From assembly GCF_017876815.1 (NCBI RefSeq), contig NZ_JAGIOS010000001.1, forward strand, positions 1,230,001-1,262,000: a DNA stretch of 32,000 nucleotides. Direction: 5' to 3'. This stretch comes from Sinorhizobium meliloti (GTDB lineage Bacteria > Pseudomonadota > Alphaproteobacteria > Rhizobiales > Rhizobiaceae). Shown one piece after another: positions 1 to 9,574 of the stretch. The position numbers were made by a program, and so were the translations under genes. Below the pieces are notes generated by a model. The model was not told the origin of the DNA. It did no database searches and saw only the letters and a program-made list of their open reading frames with translations. Numbering within the stretch: position 1 is the stretch's first letter; each line of letters opens with the position of its first letter.

Positions 1-2423
1 CCAGCCAAGAGCCATTATCCGCCGGTCCGCTGTCTGCAGATGAACTTCAGCGGATGGACGCCTACTGGCGGGCGTCGAACTATCTCTCCGTCGGCCAGAT
101 CTACCTCCTCGACAACCCGCTTCTCAGCGAGCCGCTGAAGCGGGAGCACATCAAACCGCGGCTTCTCGGCCATTGGGGTACGTCGCCCGGCCTGAACATG
201 CTCTATGTGCACCTGAACCGGGTGATCAAGCGCGACGATCTGGAGATGATGTATGTCATCGGCCCCGGGCATGGCGGGCCCTCGCTTGTCGCCCACGCCT
301 ATCTGGAGGGCACCTATAGCGAGGTCTATCCGGACATCAGCCAGGACGCCGAAGGCCTGCGGAAGCTGTTCAAGCAGTTCAGCTTCCCCGGCGGCATCCC
401 GAGCCATGTCGCGCCGGAAACGCCGGGCAGCATTCACGAGGGCGGCGAGCTCGGCTATGCGTTGAGCCATGCCTACGGTGCCGCCTTCGACAATCCGGAG
501 CTGATCGTCGCCTGCGTGGTGGGCGACGGGGAAGCCGAAACGGGCCCGCTCGCGACCGGCTGGCACGGCAACAAGTTCCTGAACCCGGCGCGCGACGGCT
601 GCGTCCTGCCTATCCTGCACCTCAATGGATACAAGATCGCCAATCCCTGCTTTCTCGCACGTATTCCCAGAGAGGAGCTGCAGAAGTTTTTCGAGGGCAT
701 GGGCTATGCGCCGCTTTTCGTCGAGGGTCATGATCCCGCAGACGTGCATCAGCAGCTGGCGGCCGCGCTCGATACCGCGCTCGCGGATATCAGGCGCATT
801 CAGACCGACGCCCGGGTCAACGGCAATCTGAAACGCCCTGCATGGCCTATGATCGTCTTCCGCACACCCAAGGGCTGGACCTGCCCGGCCGAGATCGACG
901 GCAAGAAATGCGAGGATTACTGGCGATCGCATCAGGTCCCGATGGGAGACATGGACAAGCCGGAGCATATCCGCATCCTCGAAGGCTGGATGAAGAGCTA
1001 TCGGCCGGAGGAGCTCTTCGACGGTGACGGGCGGCTGACGGCGGAACTGGCGGCGCTTGCCCCAACAGGACGGCGCCGGATGAGCGACAATCCGCATGCC
1101 AATGGCGGGCTGTTGCTGCGCGACCTGAAGATGCCCGACTTCCGCGATTATGCGGTTGCGGTTCAGAGCCCCGGAGCGGCCACGGCCGAGTCGGCCCGCG
1201 TGATGGGCAGCTATCTGCGCGACGTGATGAAGCTCAACCTGAAGTCCGGGAACTTCCGCCTGTTCAGTCCGGACGAAAACAACTCGAACCGCTGGCAGGA
1301 CGTGCTCGAGGTCACGGATCGCTGTTTCATGGCGGACATCTATCCGGAAGACGACCACTTGTCGCCCGACGGACGGCTGATGGAGGTCCTGAGCGAGCAT
1401 CAAAGCCAGGGCTGGCTCGAAGGTTATCTCCTGACCGGACGCCACGGCTTCTTTTCCTGCTACGAAGCCTTCATTCACATCATCGATTCGATGTTCAACC
1501 AGCACGCCAAATGGCTGAAGGTCTGCAACGAGATCCCGTGGCGGCGCCCGATCGCTTCCCTGAACTATTTCCTGAGCTCGCATGTCTGGCGCCAGGACCA
1601 TAACGGCTTCAGCCATCAGGACCCCGGCTTCATCGATCACGTGGTCAACAAGAAGGCGGACATCATCCGCGTCTATCTGCCGCCGGACGCCAATACGCTG
1701 CTGTCGGTGACGGACCATTGCCTGAGGAGCCGCAACTACATCAACGTCGTCGTTGCCGGCAAGCAGCCTTCTCCGCAATGGCTGACCATGGACCAGGCGG
1801 TGAAGCATTGCACCGAGGGCCTCGGCATCTGGGAATGGGCAAGCAACGACAAAGGCTGCGAGCCGGATGTGGTCATGGCATGTTGCGGCGATGTTCCGAC
1901 GCTGGAGACGCTCGCCGCGGTGCAATTGCTGCGCGAACACCTGCCGGAATTGAAGGTGCGGGTGATCAACGTCGTCAATCTGATGAAGCTGCAGCCATCG
2001 GGAGAGCACCCGCACGGCCTGCCGGACCGCGACTTCGACGCCCTGTTCACCAAGGACAAGCCGATCATCTTCGCCTTTCATGGCTATCCCTGGCTGATCC
2101 ACCGCCTCACCTATCGCCGAACGAACCATGCCAATCTGCATGTCCGCGGCTACAAGGAAGAGGGGACGACGACGACACCCTTCGACATGGTGGTGCTCAA
2201 CCATCTGGACCGGTTCCATCTGGTCGAGGACGTCATCGACCGGCTGCCGCAACTCGGCGCCCGCGCGGCCTATTTCAAGCAGGCGATTCACGAGCGGCTG
2301 ATCGACCACAGGCACCATATCGAGAAATACGGCGAGGACATGCCGGTGATCAGCGGCTGGAAATGGGGCGCCGGCAGCGCCGGCAAGGCACAGGGAACAT
2401 CGACCAAAGGCGACAATGTCTGA
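1..2423 (+). CDS. xfp: Xylulose-5-phosphate/fructose-6-phosphate phosphoketolase, 5'-partial (true start lies upstream of the window)
   Basis: The frame of ORF 54..2423 stays open to the window edge (..PLSADELQR before [18 protein letters not shown]). Phosphoketolase/ThDP hallmarks are present: [25 protein letters not shown]. Size is about 790 aa. Stop TGA at 2421-2423. Confidence 0.93.
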   Translation, partial: SQEPLSAGPLSADELQRMDAYWRASNYLSVGQIYLLDNPLLSEPLKREHIKPRLLGHWGTSPGLNMLYVHLNRVIKRDDLEMMYVIGPGHGGPSLVAHAYLEGTYSEVYPDISQDAEGLRKLFKQFSFPGGIPSHVAPETPGSIHEGGELGYALSHAYGAAFDNPELIVACVVGDGEAETGPLATGWHGNKFLNPARDGCVLPILHLNGYKIANPCFLARIPREELQKFFEGMGYAPLFVEGHDPADVHQQLAAALDTALADIRRIQTDARVNGNLKRPAWPMIVFRTPKGWTCPAEIDGKKCEDYWRSHQVPMGDMDKPEHIRILEGWMKSYRPEELFDGDGRLTAELAALAPTGRRRMSDNPHANGGLLLRDLKMPDFRDYAVAVQSPGAATAESARVMGSYLRDVMKLNLKSGNFRLFSPDENNSNRWQDVLEVTDRCFMADIYPEDDHLSPDGRLMEVLSEHQSQGWLEGYLLTGRHGFFSCYEAFIHIIDSMFNQHAKWLKVCNEIPWRRPIASLNYFLSSHVWRQDHNGFSHQDPGFIDHVVNKKADIIRVYLPPDANTLLSVTDHCLRSRNYINVVVAGKQPSPQWLTMDQAVKHCTEGLGIWEWASNDKGCEPDVVMACCGDVPTLETLAAVQLLREHLPELKVRVINVVNLMKLQPSGEHPHGLPDRDFDALFTKDKPIIFAFHGYPWLIHRLTYRRTNHANLHVRGYKEEGTTTTPFDMVVLNHLDRFHLVEDVIDRLPQLGARAAYFKQAIHERLIDHRHHIEKYGEDMPVISGWKWGAGSAGKAQGTSTKGDNV

Positions 2424-2454
2424 GAGGACGCACTTCCGCGACCGGACATACCAT

Positions 2455-2487
2455 CACAAAAGGCCCGCCGAAGCGGGCCTTTTTCTG
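2455..2487. terminator. Rho-independent terminator, probably bidirectional, between convergent xfp and the APC permease gene
   Basis: Perfect 8-bp stem AGGCCCGC (2461-2468) / GCGGGCCT (2473-2480) with tetraloop CGAA. An A-run lies 5' (2457-2460) and TTTTCT lies 3' (2481-2486). Confidence 0.78.
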
Positions 2488-2534
2488 TGTATCGATCGCA
2501 GGGTCTGATGCAGAACGTGCCACTGCCCCCGAGT

Positions 2535-4319
2535 TCAGGCCGGCAGCTGGAAGAACCAGTTGGCAAACAGCACGATGGCGAGGCCTCCGCCGAGCGCCAG
2601 ATAGGGTAACATGCCCGCCTTCCTGACGCCGAGGTTCTGCCCGGAGAGGCCGAGATCCTCCATGGCTTCGAGCGGGAACCTGCCGCGATCCTGAAAGTAG
2701 TGGCGATAGGCGAAGACCGGCAGGATGAGCGCGGCGAAGATGAAGCCGACCCACAACGCATTGGAGTAGCCCCAGACCTTGGCGCCGGCGCCCAGGAAGA
2801 GCGCGTTCACGAAGGCCAGCACGGTGTTCAGGCCGATCAGCCAGGTCGGCGCCTTCCAGGGCCGCTCGATATGGCCGGAGTCGATACGGTGGATCCAGCC
2901 GGAGTTGAGGTTCAGGAAGTTGAAGATGATGTAGCCGACATTGGAGACGGCGAGCACGAAGAAGTAGCCGCCGACGTCCGAGGCGATGGCAAGCAGGAAC
3001 AGATTGAAAGCGAAGTCGGTCCACATGGCCCGGGTCGGCGCGCCGTTCTCGTTCACATGGTTGAGATATTTCGGCAGCCAGCCGTCCTTCGAGCCCTGGT
3101 AAAGCGTGCGCGAGGAACCGGCCATCGCCGTCATGATGGCGAGGAAGAGCGCGAGAATCATCAGAACGACGAGAAGCTGGGTGACGATACGGCCGGCGCC
3201 GATCAGGCCCCCGAGCGCCTCGGCCACACCCGTGCCGTCGATGATGCCGGGCGCCAGCATGCCGGCATGACCAAGCACCCCCTGGAAGGCGAAGGGTACG
3301 AGGAAGAAGAACAGGCAGCAGACGAGGCCGGAATAGAAGATCGCCTTGAAGGTGTCGGTCCGCGGGTTCTTCAGTTCGCGCGTATAGCAGACCGCCGTCT
3401 CGAACCCGTAAGTCGACCAGGCGGCGATATAGAGGCCGCCGAGAAAGAGCGTCCAGCCGCCATTGCTCCAGGTGCCGTCCTCGCCGGAATAGGCGGCCGT
3501 CGGTGGCACGAGGCCGGTGACGTTGGAGGCAACGATATGGCCGCTGACGATCGGATAGATGCCGATGATCAGCAAGGGAATGAGGACGAGCATAGCGAGC
3601 CACTTCTGAACGCTGGCGGTCCCGGCGATGCCGCGATGCTGGATCGCGAAGATGATCAGCATCAGGATGCCGCCGATCAGGAATGTGGCGTTGATATTGG
3701 CCGTGGCGAGGAAGGGTATGCTGAAGCTGACCAACGACCAGTTGCGGATCATGGGCGTCAGCGCCGCTACGCCGTCGGCTGCGAGAACCGCCTTGACGGC
3801 ATCCTCCGGCGGGGTGCCGGCATGGGCCGCGATATACTCGGCGACACGGGGGCTATCGGCGGTGACGGAGGCGGCATGGGCGCCGATCCAGTCGAGCACC
3901 GCCTGCGAGTCCGCCGCCGGAATCGGGAAGAGGGCATTGAGGATATAGCCCGCGGCGATCACGCAGCCGAGCGAGAGCACCGGCGACCAGGCGAACCAGT
4001 TGCACCAGACGGAAAGCGGCGCGATGAATTTCGAATAGCGCAGCCATGCGGTCGCTCCATAGATCGAGGCGCCGCCGGACTTGTTGGCGAACATCCCGGC
4101 GATTTCCGCATAGGTGAAGGATTGCAGGAAGCCCATGACCATCGAAATGATCCAGACCGCGAAGGCCAGCTTGCCGGTCGTGCCGGCAATGCCGCCGATG
4201 GAGAAGAGCACGAGCGGCGGCACGCCAGCTGCCACCCAGAAAGCGCCCTTCCAGTCGAGCGCGCGTATAAGCTTCCCCTCGGTGCCGGCAGCAATGCCGG
4301 CGTTCACCACATCTGTCAT
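2535..4319 (-). CDS. APC-superfamily permease (594 aa), probable TMAO/methylated-amine permease (TmoP-like by context)
   Basis: The ORF is hydrophobic along most of its length with many predicted TM helices. The N-terminal region is APC-like (WKGAFWVAAGVPPLV, SFTYAEIAGMF, GGASIYGATAW). SD AAGGGGAA lies 7 nt before ATG 4319. The gene is divergent from tdm. From memory, an APC-superfamily permease (Msil_3606) is required for TMAO growth in Methylocella silvestris. Confidence 0.85.
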   Translation of the reverse strand: MTDVVNAGIAAGTEGKLIRALDWKGAFWVAAGVPPLVLFSIGGIAGTTGKLAFAVWIISMVMGFLQSFTYAEIAGMFANKSGGASIYGATAWLRYSKFIAPLSVWCNWFAWSPVLSLGCVIAAGYILNALFPIPAADSQAVLDWIGAHAASVTADSPRVAEYIAAHAGTPPEDAVKAVLAADGVAALTPMIRNWSLVSFSIPFLATANINATFLIGGILMLIIFAIQHRGIAGTASVQKWLAMLVLIPLLIIGIYPIVSGHIVASNVTGLVPPTAAYSGEDGTWSNGGWTLFLGGLYIAAWSTYGFETAVCYTRELKNPRTDTFKAIFYSGLVCCLFFFLVPFAFQGVLGHAGMLAPGIIDGTGVAEALGGLIGAGRIVTQLLVVLMILALFLAIMTAMAGSSRTLYQGSKDGWLPKYLNHVNENGAPTRAMWTDFAFNLFLLAIASDVGGYFFVLAVSNVGYIIFNFLNLNSGWIHRIDSGHIERPWKAPTWLIGLNTVLAFVNALFLGAGAKVWGYSNALWVGFIFAALILPVFAYRHYFQDRGRFPLEAMEDLGLSGQNLGVRKAGMLPYLALGGGLAIVLFANWFFQLPA

Positions 4320-4415
4320 CGCTGAATTCCCCTTTTATTTGTTCCGGACGTGTTCTTCGATACGTCTCCCTGAACGTGCCTCCCACGGCAGCCGGCCCGA
4401 TGTCTTGGTGCCCCA

Positions 4416-4486
4416 TTTATGCATTGAATTCAGATCCGGCCGTTTATGCATAGTGAAGAAAGTTTCTTCATAGTCAATATATCTCC
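4416..4486. promoter_or_regulatory. Divergent control region between the permease gene and tdm, with a direct repeat, two palindromes and an AT-rich box
   Basis: TTTATGCAT occurs twice (4416-4424 and 4443-4451). TGAATTCA is at 4425-4432. A perfect 17-bp palindrome TGAAGAAAGTTTCTTCA is at 4454-4470. AATATATCTCC is at 4476-4486. All lie in a 234-bp intergenic region. Confidence 0.45.
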
Positions 4487-4553
4487 TTTACTTCAGTTCG
4501 GTATTTTGCCAGCATGATCCGGGCAGGGGCCAACATTCGGCCGCGAGGGTGCT

Positions 4554-6923
4554 ATGGAAAATCGCCATCCTGGGATGCTTGGGGGGAGGCCCGTTTCGGC
4601 GAGCATTATCCGCTATCCGGGCGTTCCGGCGCTGCCGAAGGACACTGAACGATACCGATGCAAGGGTGGCGGCTCGCTGGTCGTACGCGTCGAAGCGGGA
4701 GACCTGGTGACGGTCACCGATGCGGAGGGCGGCCAGGCATGCGAGCTTTCCTTCGTTGACGAAAGCGGCCGCTTCCAGGCGGCAGGCCTCGGCGCGGCGT
4801 TCACCAATGCCGCCGAGGGCCTCAAGACCATTCTCTCCCGCGAAGAAGCGGGCACGCTGCGCATTCGAAGCGCGCTTCGGCGCCGCGGTGCGGATCTGGC
4901 TACGGCCGGCGCGCTCCGCATCTTCGGGGAACGGTCCACGCCGGGCAGCAGGGTCGAATTCACGATCGCGCTGAAGGGGCTGCTGATCGTTGCCGCGCCT
5001 GCAGAGGCGATGTCGCCCGAGGCACAGGACACGGCAACGCCCATCGAGGTCAGGGTCCGCCGCAGCAGGGTGGTCCGCGACTATTCCTCCGCCTTGCCGG
5101 AGCCGCTTGCCGATCCGATCGAAGACATCCGCATCAAGGCTGCAACCGCTTCGGCGTATTTCGTGCGGGCCGGAGAATTCATACAGATCATCGACGTCTA
5201 TGGCCGCCAGTGCACGGACTTTCAGGCCTTTGCCGCCCGCAAGGTCGACAAGGGCCTCGACCTGGCTCTCGACTCAACCGTCACCCGTACCCTGCTCGGG
5301 CGCAGCTACCCGGCGCCGGGCCTGCCCTCCAAGGCTTTCGATCGCGATTTCGAGCCGCTGGTGGAGATCGTGCAGGACACGGTTGGCCGTCACGACGCTT
5401 TCGCCACCGCCTGCAATTCGCGCTATTACGATGACATGGGCTATCCCGGCCACGTCAACTGTACCGACAATTTCAACGCGGCGCTTGCGCCTTATGGCAT
5501 TCCCGGCCGCAAGGGCTGGGAGGCGCTCAACTATTTCTACAACACCGATATCGACCACAACAATCAGCTCTATCTCGATGAGCCCTGGTCGCGTCCGGGC
5601 GACTACGTGCTGATGCGGGCCCTGACCGACCTCGTCTGCGTCTCCTCCTCCTGCCCCGACGATATCGACGCGGCAAACGGCTGGGATCCGACCGACATCC
5701 ACGTCCGGACCTTTTCCGGAAAAGAGCAATTCTCACGAGCGGTAGCCTATCGCATGACACCCGATGCCGATCCCGAACTGACGCGTGAAACCGCCTTTCA
5801 CCCCCGTTTCTCGGCGCTGACGCGAGACTACGCTGAATATCGCGGCTATTGGCTGCCGAACCGGTTTTCGTCGGCGGGGCCGGTCGAGGAATACTGGGCC
5901 TGCCGGGAAAGGGCGGCAGTGATCGATCTCTCGCCTTTGCGCAAGTTCGAGGTCACCGGTCCGGATGCCGAGGAATTGCTGCAATATTGCCTGACGCGCG
6001 ACGTGCGCAAGCTTTCGACCGGGCAGGTCGTCTATTCCGCGATGTGCTACGAGCATGGCGGCATGATCGACGACGGCACCCTTTTCCGCCTCGGCGACAA
6101 GAACTTCCGCTGGATCGGCGGGGACGATTACAGCGGCATCTGGCTGCGCGAGCAGGCGGAGAAGAAAGGCTTCAGGGCCTGGGTACGTTCCTCGACCGAT
6201 CAGATGCACAATATTGCCGTTCAGGGCCCGAAGAGCCGCGACATCCTCAAGGAGATCGTCTGGACGGCACCGCGTCAGCCCACGATCGGCGAGCTCGAAT
6301 GGTTCCGTTTCGCGGTCGGTCGCATCGGAGGCTTCGAGGGGGCGCCCATCGTCGTCTCGCGCACCGGCTATACCGGCGAGCTCGGCTACGAGATATTCTG
6401 TCACCCAAAAGACGCCCTGACCGTTTTCGACGCGGTCTGGCGGGCCGGCGAGCCGCATGGGCTGAGGCCGATGGGGCTGGAAGCGCTCGACATGGTCCGC
6501 ATCGAGGCGGGCCTGATCTTCGCTCATTACGACTTCGACGATCAGACCGACCCGTTCGAGGCCGGTATCGGCTTCACGGTGCCACTGAAGTCCAAGCATG
6601 ACGATTTCATCGGCCGCGAAGCGCTGATCCGCCGCAAGGAAAACCCGCGCCACTTGATGGTCGGCCTCGACATACAGGCGAACGAGGCGGTCGGCCACGG
6701 CGACTGCGTGCATGTCGGACGCGCGCAGATCGGCGTCATCACCAGTGCCACCCGCTCACCGGTCCTCGGCAAGACGATCGCGCTTGCCCGGATCGACGTT
6801 ACGCATGCGACGGTCGGTACGCAGGTGGAGATCGGCAAGCTCGACGGCCAGCAGAAGCGCCTGCCCGCAATCGTCGTGCCGCTGTCGCACTACGATCCGC
6901 AGAAGAAGCGGCCGCGCTCCTGA
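4554..6923 (+). CDS. tdm: Trimethylamine N-oxide demethylase (DUF1989 domain fused to a GcvT-type tetrahydrofolate-binding aminomethyltransferase domain)
   Basis: 789 aa. The N-terminal ~410 aa are DUF1989-like (AGEFIQIIDVYGRQCTDFQAF). The C-terminal ~370 aa are GcvT-fold (AAVIDLSPLRKFEVTGPDAEELL, SRTGYTGELGYEIF). This fusion architecture is the signature of bacterial Tdm. SD GAGGG precedes the ATG. tmm and dmmDABC are adjacent. Confidence 0.88.
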   Translation: MENRHPGMLGGRPVSASIIRYPGVPALPKDTERYRCKGGGSLVVRVEAGDLVTVTDAEGGQACELSFVDESGRFQAAGLGAAFTNAAEGLKTILSREEAGTLRIRSALRRRGADLATAGALRIFGERSTPGSRVEFTIALKGLLIVAAPAEAMSPEAQDTATPIEVRVRRSRVVRDYSSALPEPLADPIEDIRIKAATASAYFVRAGEFIQIIDVYGRQCTDFQAFAARKVDKGLDLALDSTVTRTLLGRSYPAPGLPSKAFDRDFEPLVEIVQDTVGRHDAFATACNSRYYDDMGYPGHVNCTDNFNAALAPYGIPGRKGWEALNYFYNTDIDHNNQLYLDEPWSRPGDYVLMRALTDLVCVSSSCPDDIDAANGWDPTDIHVRTFSGKEQFSRAVAYRMTPDADPELTRETAFHPRFSALTRDYAEYRGYWLPNRFSSAGPVEEYWACRERAAVIDLSPLRKFEVTGPDAEELLQYCLTRDVRKLSTGQVVYSAMCYEHGGMIDDGTLFRLGDKNFRWIGGDDYSGIWLREQAEKKGFRAWVRSSTDQMHNIAVQGPKSRDILKEIVWTAPRQPTIGELEWFRFAVGRIGGFEGAPIVVSRTGYTGELGYEIFCHPKDALTVFDAVWRAGEPHGLRPMGLEALDMVRIEAGLIFAHYDFDDQTDPFEAGIGFTVPLKSKHDDFIGREALIRRKENPRHLMVGLDIQANEAVGHGDCVHVGRAQIGVITSATRSPVLGKTIALARIDVTHATVGTQVEIGKLDGQQKRLPAIVVPLSHYDPQKKRPRS

Positions 6924-7019
6924 ACCGATTTGGGAAATCCTCTCTACGCCTTGCCGGCCGCGCAAGTGGAATTTAGCCCCTCCCACAGGTGGGAAGGGCA
7001 TGCGCCGAGCCGAAGATCG

Positions 7020-8357
7020 TCAAGCGCGCAGATATTCCTCCAGGGAGTCGTCGAGCGCTTCCACCCAAGGCGTGTGATGCTTGGGCGACATATTGCCCGT
7101 CATCAGCGAACGATAGGCATTGTCGCGAAAACCCATGATGTTTTCCGCCTTGTGGTGCTCCCACTTCATGAAGGTCCGGTTGACCCCTTCGATATCGAAG
7201 CTCGGATAATCGGTTTCGGCCAGTAGCTCCTTCACATAGTCGCCCTGATACCAGATCATCTCCTCGGCATGCTCGAGCGTTTCCTCGCGGGCGCGCCACA
7301 TGTCGAAATTGGCCTTCAGTTCCTCTTCCGGCGGCAGCGCGATGCGGCCCATCATGACGTCGCGCGCCCACCAGGCCTGCACGTCGAACATGTTGAAGGT
7401 ATAGAACTGATCCTGCATACCGATGTAGAAAAGCTGCGGATTCTTGTCGAAGACCACGCCCTTGTAGAGATGGTCGGCCCAAAGGCGGTTGGCGGTCTTG
7501 AGCCTGAGTTCATCCGGCAGAAACGGAAAATGGTGCTGGTAGCCGGTGCACAGGATCAGCGCGTCCACTTCCTTCGTCGAGCCGTCCGCGAAATGAGCCG
7601 TCTTGTTTTCGAGCTTCGTCAGCAGCGGCCGTTCCTCGAAATTTTCCGGCCAGTTGAAGCCCATCGGCTTTGAGCGGTAGCTCGTCGTTACCGATTTCGC
7701 CCCATACTTCCAGCATTGCGAACCGATATCCTCGGCCGAGTAGCTCCGGCCGACGATGAGAACGTCCTTACCCTTGAATTCCAATGCATCGCGGAAATCG
7801 TGGGCGTGCAGAACGCGGCCGTTGAAGGTTTTCACGCCTTCGAAATAGGGGACGTGCGGTGTCGAGAAGTGGCCGCTCGCAACGACGACGTAGTCGAATT
7901 CCTCGTCATACATGCGGTCTTCGAGGCGGTTATGAGCGGTAACCGTGAATTTCTTCGTCTCTTCGTCGAAATGCACCATGCGCACCGGCGTATTGAAACG
8001 CACCCAGTCGCGTACATTCGCCTTCTCCACACGGCCCTTGATATAATCCCACAGCACCGCGCGCGGCGGGTAGGAGGCGATCGGCTTGCCGAAGTGCTCC
8101 TCGAAGGTGTAGTCCGCGAATTCCAGGCATTCCTTCGGACCGTTCGACCAGAGGTAGCGATACATGCTGCCATGCACCGGCTCTCCATATTCGTCCAGCC
8201 CGGTGCGCCAGGTATAGTTCCACAGCCCTCCCCAATCGGACTGCTTTTCATAGCAGACGATCTCCGGAATCTCGGCACCCTTCTGGGCGGCCGACTGGAA
8301 GGCCCGCAACTGGGCGAGGCCCGATGGACCGGCACCGATGACGGCAACTCTTGTCAT
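7020..8357 (-). CDS. tmm: Trimethylamine monooxygenase (bacterial flavin-containing monooxygenase)
   Basis: 445 aa. N-terminal FAD motif GAGPSGL. FMO-identifying motif [11 protein letters not shown] (FxGxxxHxxxF/Y). Second dinucleotide-binding region [19 protein letters not shown] precedes the ATG. It is the last gene of the dmm-tmm unit. Confidence 0.92.
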   Translation of the reverse strand: MTRVAVIGAGPSGLAQLRAFQSAAQKGAEIPEIVCYEKQSDWGGLWNYTWRTGLDEYGEPVHGSMYRYLWSNGPKECLEFADYTFEEHFGKPIASYPPRAVLWDYIKGRVEKANVRDWVRFNTPVRMVHFDEETKKFTVTAHNRLEDRMYDEEFDYVVVASGHFSTPHVPYFEGVKTFNGRVLHAHDFRDALEFKGKDVLIVGRSYSAEDIGSQCWKYGAKSVTTSYRSKPMGFNWPENFEERPLLTKLENKTAHFADGSTKEVDALILCTGYQHHFPFLPDELRLKTANRLWADHLYKGVVFDKNPQLFYIGMQDQFYTFNMFDVQAWWARDVMMGRIALPPEEELKANFDMWRAREETLEHAEEMIWYQGDYVKELLAETDYPSFDIEGVNRTFMKWEHHKAENIMGFRDNAYRSLMTGNMSPKHHTPWVEALDDSLEEYLRA

Positions 8358-8424
8358 GACGCATTCCCCTTTTGCTTTTGTGAAGTTGCAATTGCATGCA
8401 GTCGTCTTGGCGCTGGAAACGGCG

Positions 8425-9465
8425 TCAATCCGGGAATGTGCCGGGACTGGTCGGCGCGCCGTCGTCGAATTTCGAAAGCCAGTCGATCGTCGTCTGGCGA
8501 TAGCGCGTCAGGCCCTTGTAATCGATGAGCTCGGGCGGCAGCGTGCTGAGCACGCGCGGAAAGCGGCGCGCCCATTTAGGCACCGTCACGAGCTCGTTCA
8601 TATTCATCAGATAGCAGCGGATGACGAAGAGGATGGCGTTCGAGCGCGGCAGGCGCCACAGGCTCTGCACCTCGACGCGCAGATGTACCTTCTCGCCGAC
8701 GTTTTCCGGTGTGACCGTCGCGCGGTCGGGTCCCCATTTATGGTAGTTTTCCGGGCTGGTATCGAGGCGCGGATTGATCGTCATCGTCCAGTTGAAACGG
8801 CGCGTAGGCTTGCCCTGCTGCAGGTTCAGGAGGAATTTCAGTGCGCGGTCGAAGACGCCCATCTGATGGGCGAGCGGCACCGGGCCGTGCCATTCCATGA
8901 AGTTCATGCCGATGTCGAAATCGAGCGACCAGTCGGCCTGGGTCGTGACCATGCCGGCATCCATCCAGAGATTGCCGTCGCGCTGGTCTACGATGCAGAA
9001 ATCCCCCTGCGCCTGGCGGGTGATGTATTCGAGCGGTTCATAGGGCAGCGTCGAGCGATCGCCGAAGGTGAAGGTGTCGTCGATGCCGAGCGGCCGGTTG
9101 ATCCAGCGCCATTGATCGCCGTTCCTGATGAGCGTGAAATGTTCGGAGAAGCCGGCGGCCTGCTCCTCCATCAGAAGTTCCAGCGTATCCCATTGGGCCG
9201 TCATCATATGGGGCAACGCCTGGTAGCGCAGCGGATCCTCTTTCAGAACCAGGGCCCGATCGTGCATCTCGGCGACGTAGTGCTCATCGACGTCGATCAG
9301 GCTTTCGAAGGCAGTGCCCTTCTGCCCCTTCACATGCGGTTCCATGTTGACCGCGTACATGTATTCGTCGCGGTCGAAGGGAAACGGAAAGCGCCGGATG
9401 TTTTCCGGACTGTTGCGATAGCTGAAGTCGTCCCGGAACGTTTCCTGCTTGAAGGCGATTGCCAT
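8425..9465 (-). CDS. dmmC: Dimethylamine monooxygenase subunit DmmC (DUF3445, alpha-type subunit of heme-dependent oxidative N-demethylase)
   Basis: 346 aa counted from ATG 9465, which is preceded by AGGAGGAG with a 7-nt spacer. The longer track ORF start at 9516 has no SD. Gene position is fourth in the D-A-B-C order. Family assignment is by recognition of DUF3445-type sequence. Confidence 0.82.
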   Translation of the reverse strand: MAIAFKQETFRDDFSYRNSPENIRRFPFPFDRDEYMYAVNMEPHVKGQKGTAFESLIDVDEHYVAEMHDRALVLKEDPLRYQALPHMMTAQWDTLELLMEEQAAGFSEHFTLIRNGDQWRWINRPLGIDDTFTFGDRSTLPYEPLEYITRQAQGDFCIVDQRDGNLWMDAGMVTTQADWSLDFDIGMNFMEWHGPVPLAHQMGVFDRALKFLLNLQQGKPTRRFNWTMTINPRLDTSPENYHKWGPDRATVTPENVGEKVHLRVEVQSLWRLPRSNAILFVIRCYLMNMNELVTVPKWARRFPRVLSTLPPELIDYKGLTRYRQTTIDWLSKFDDGAPTSPGTFPD

Positions 9466-9574
9466 GCCCGTTCTCCTCCTGATCGGCCCGATGGATCGTT
9501 TCGTCGAACAATCCAAGTCTTTGAACTACGCATTTCTGGGCGGAAAACTGTTGGACGGTTTTCCTGGAACGGCT

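Noticed and set aside
1-2423. Phosphoketolase as a functional part of the methylated-amine cluster.
   Set aside because: It is separated from the cluster by a strong bidirectional terminator and has no biochemical link to amine demethylation or C1-folate metabolism. It is most simply a neighbouring housekeeping gene.
6976-6999. Imperfect hairpin gCCCcTCCC-acaggt-GGGAaGGGc between convergent tdm and tmm, considered as a bidirectional terminator.
   Set aside because: The stem is interrupted by a C-A mismatch and there is no U-tract on either strand. It may still act as a weak or Rho-assisted stop, but the sequence alone does not support a call.
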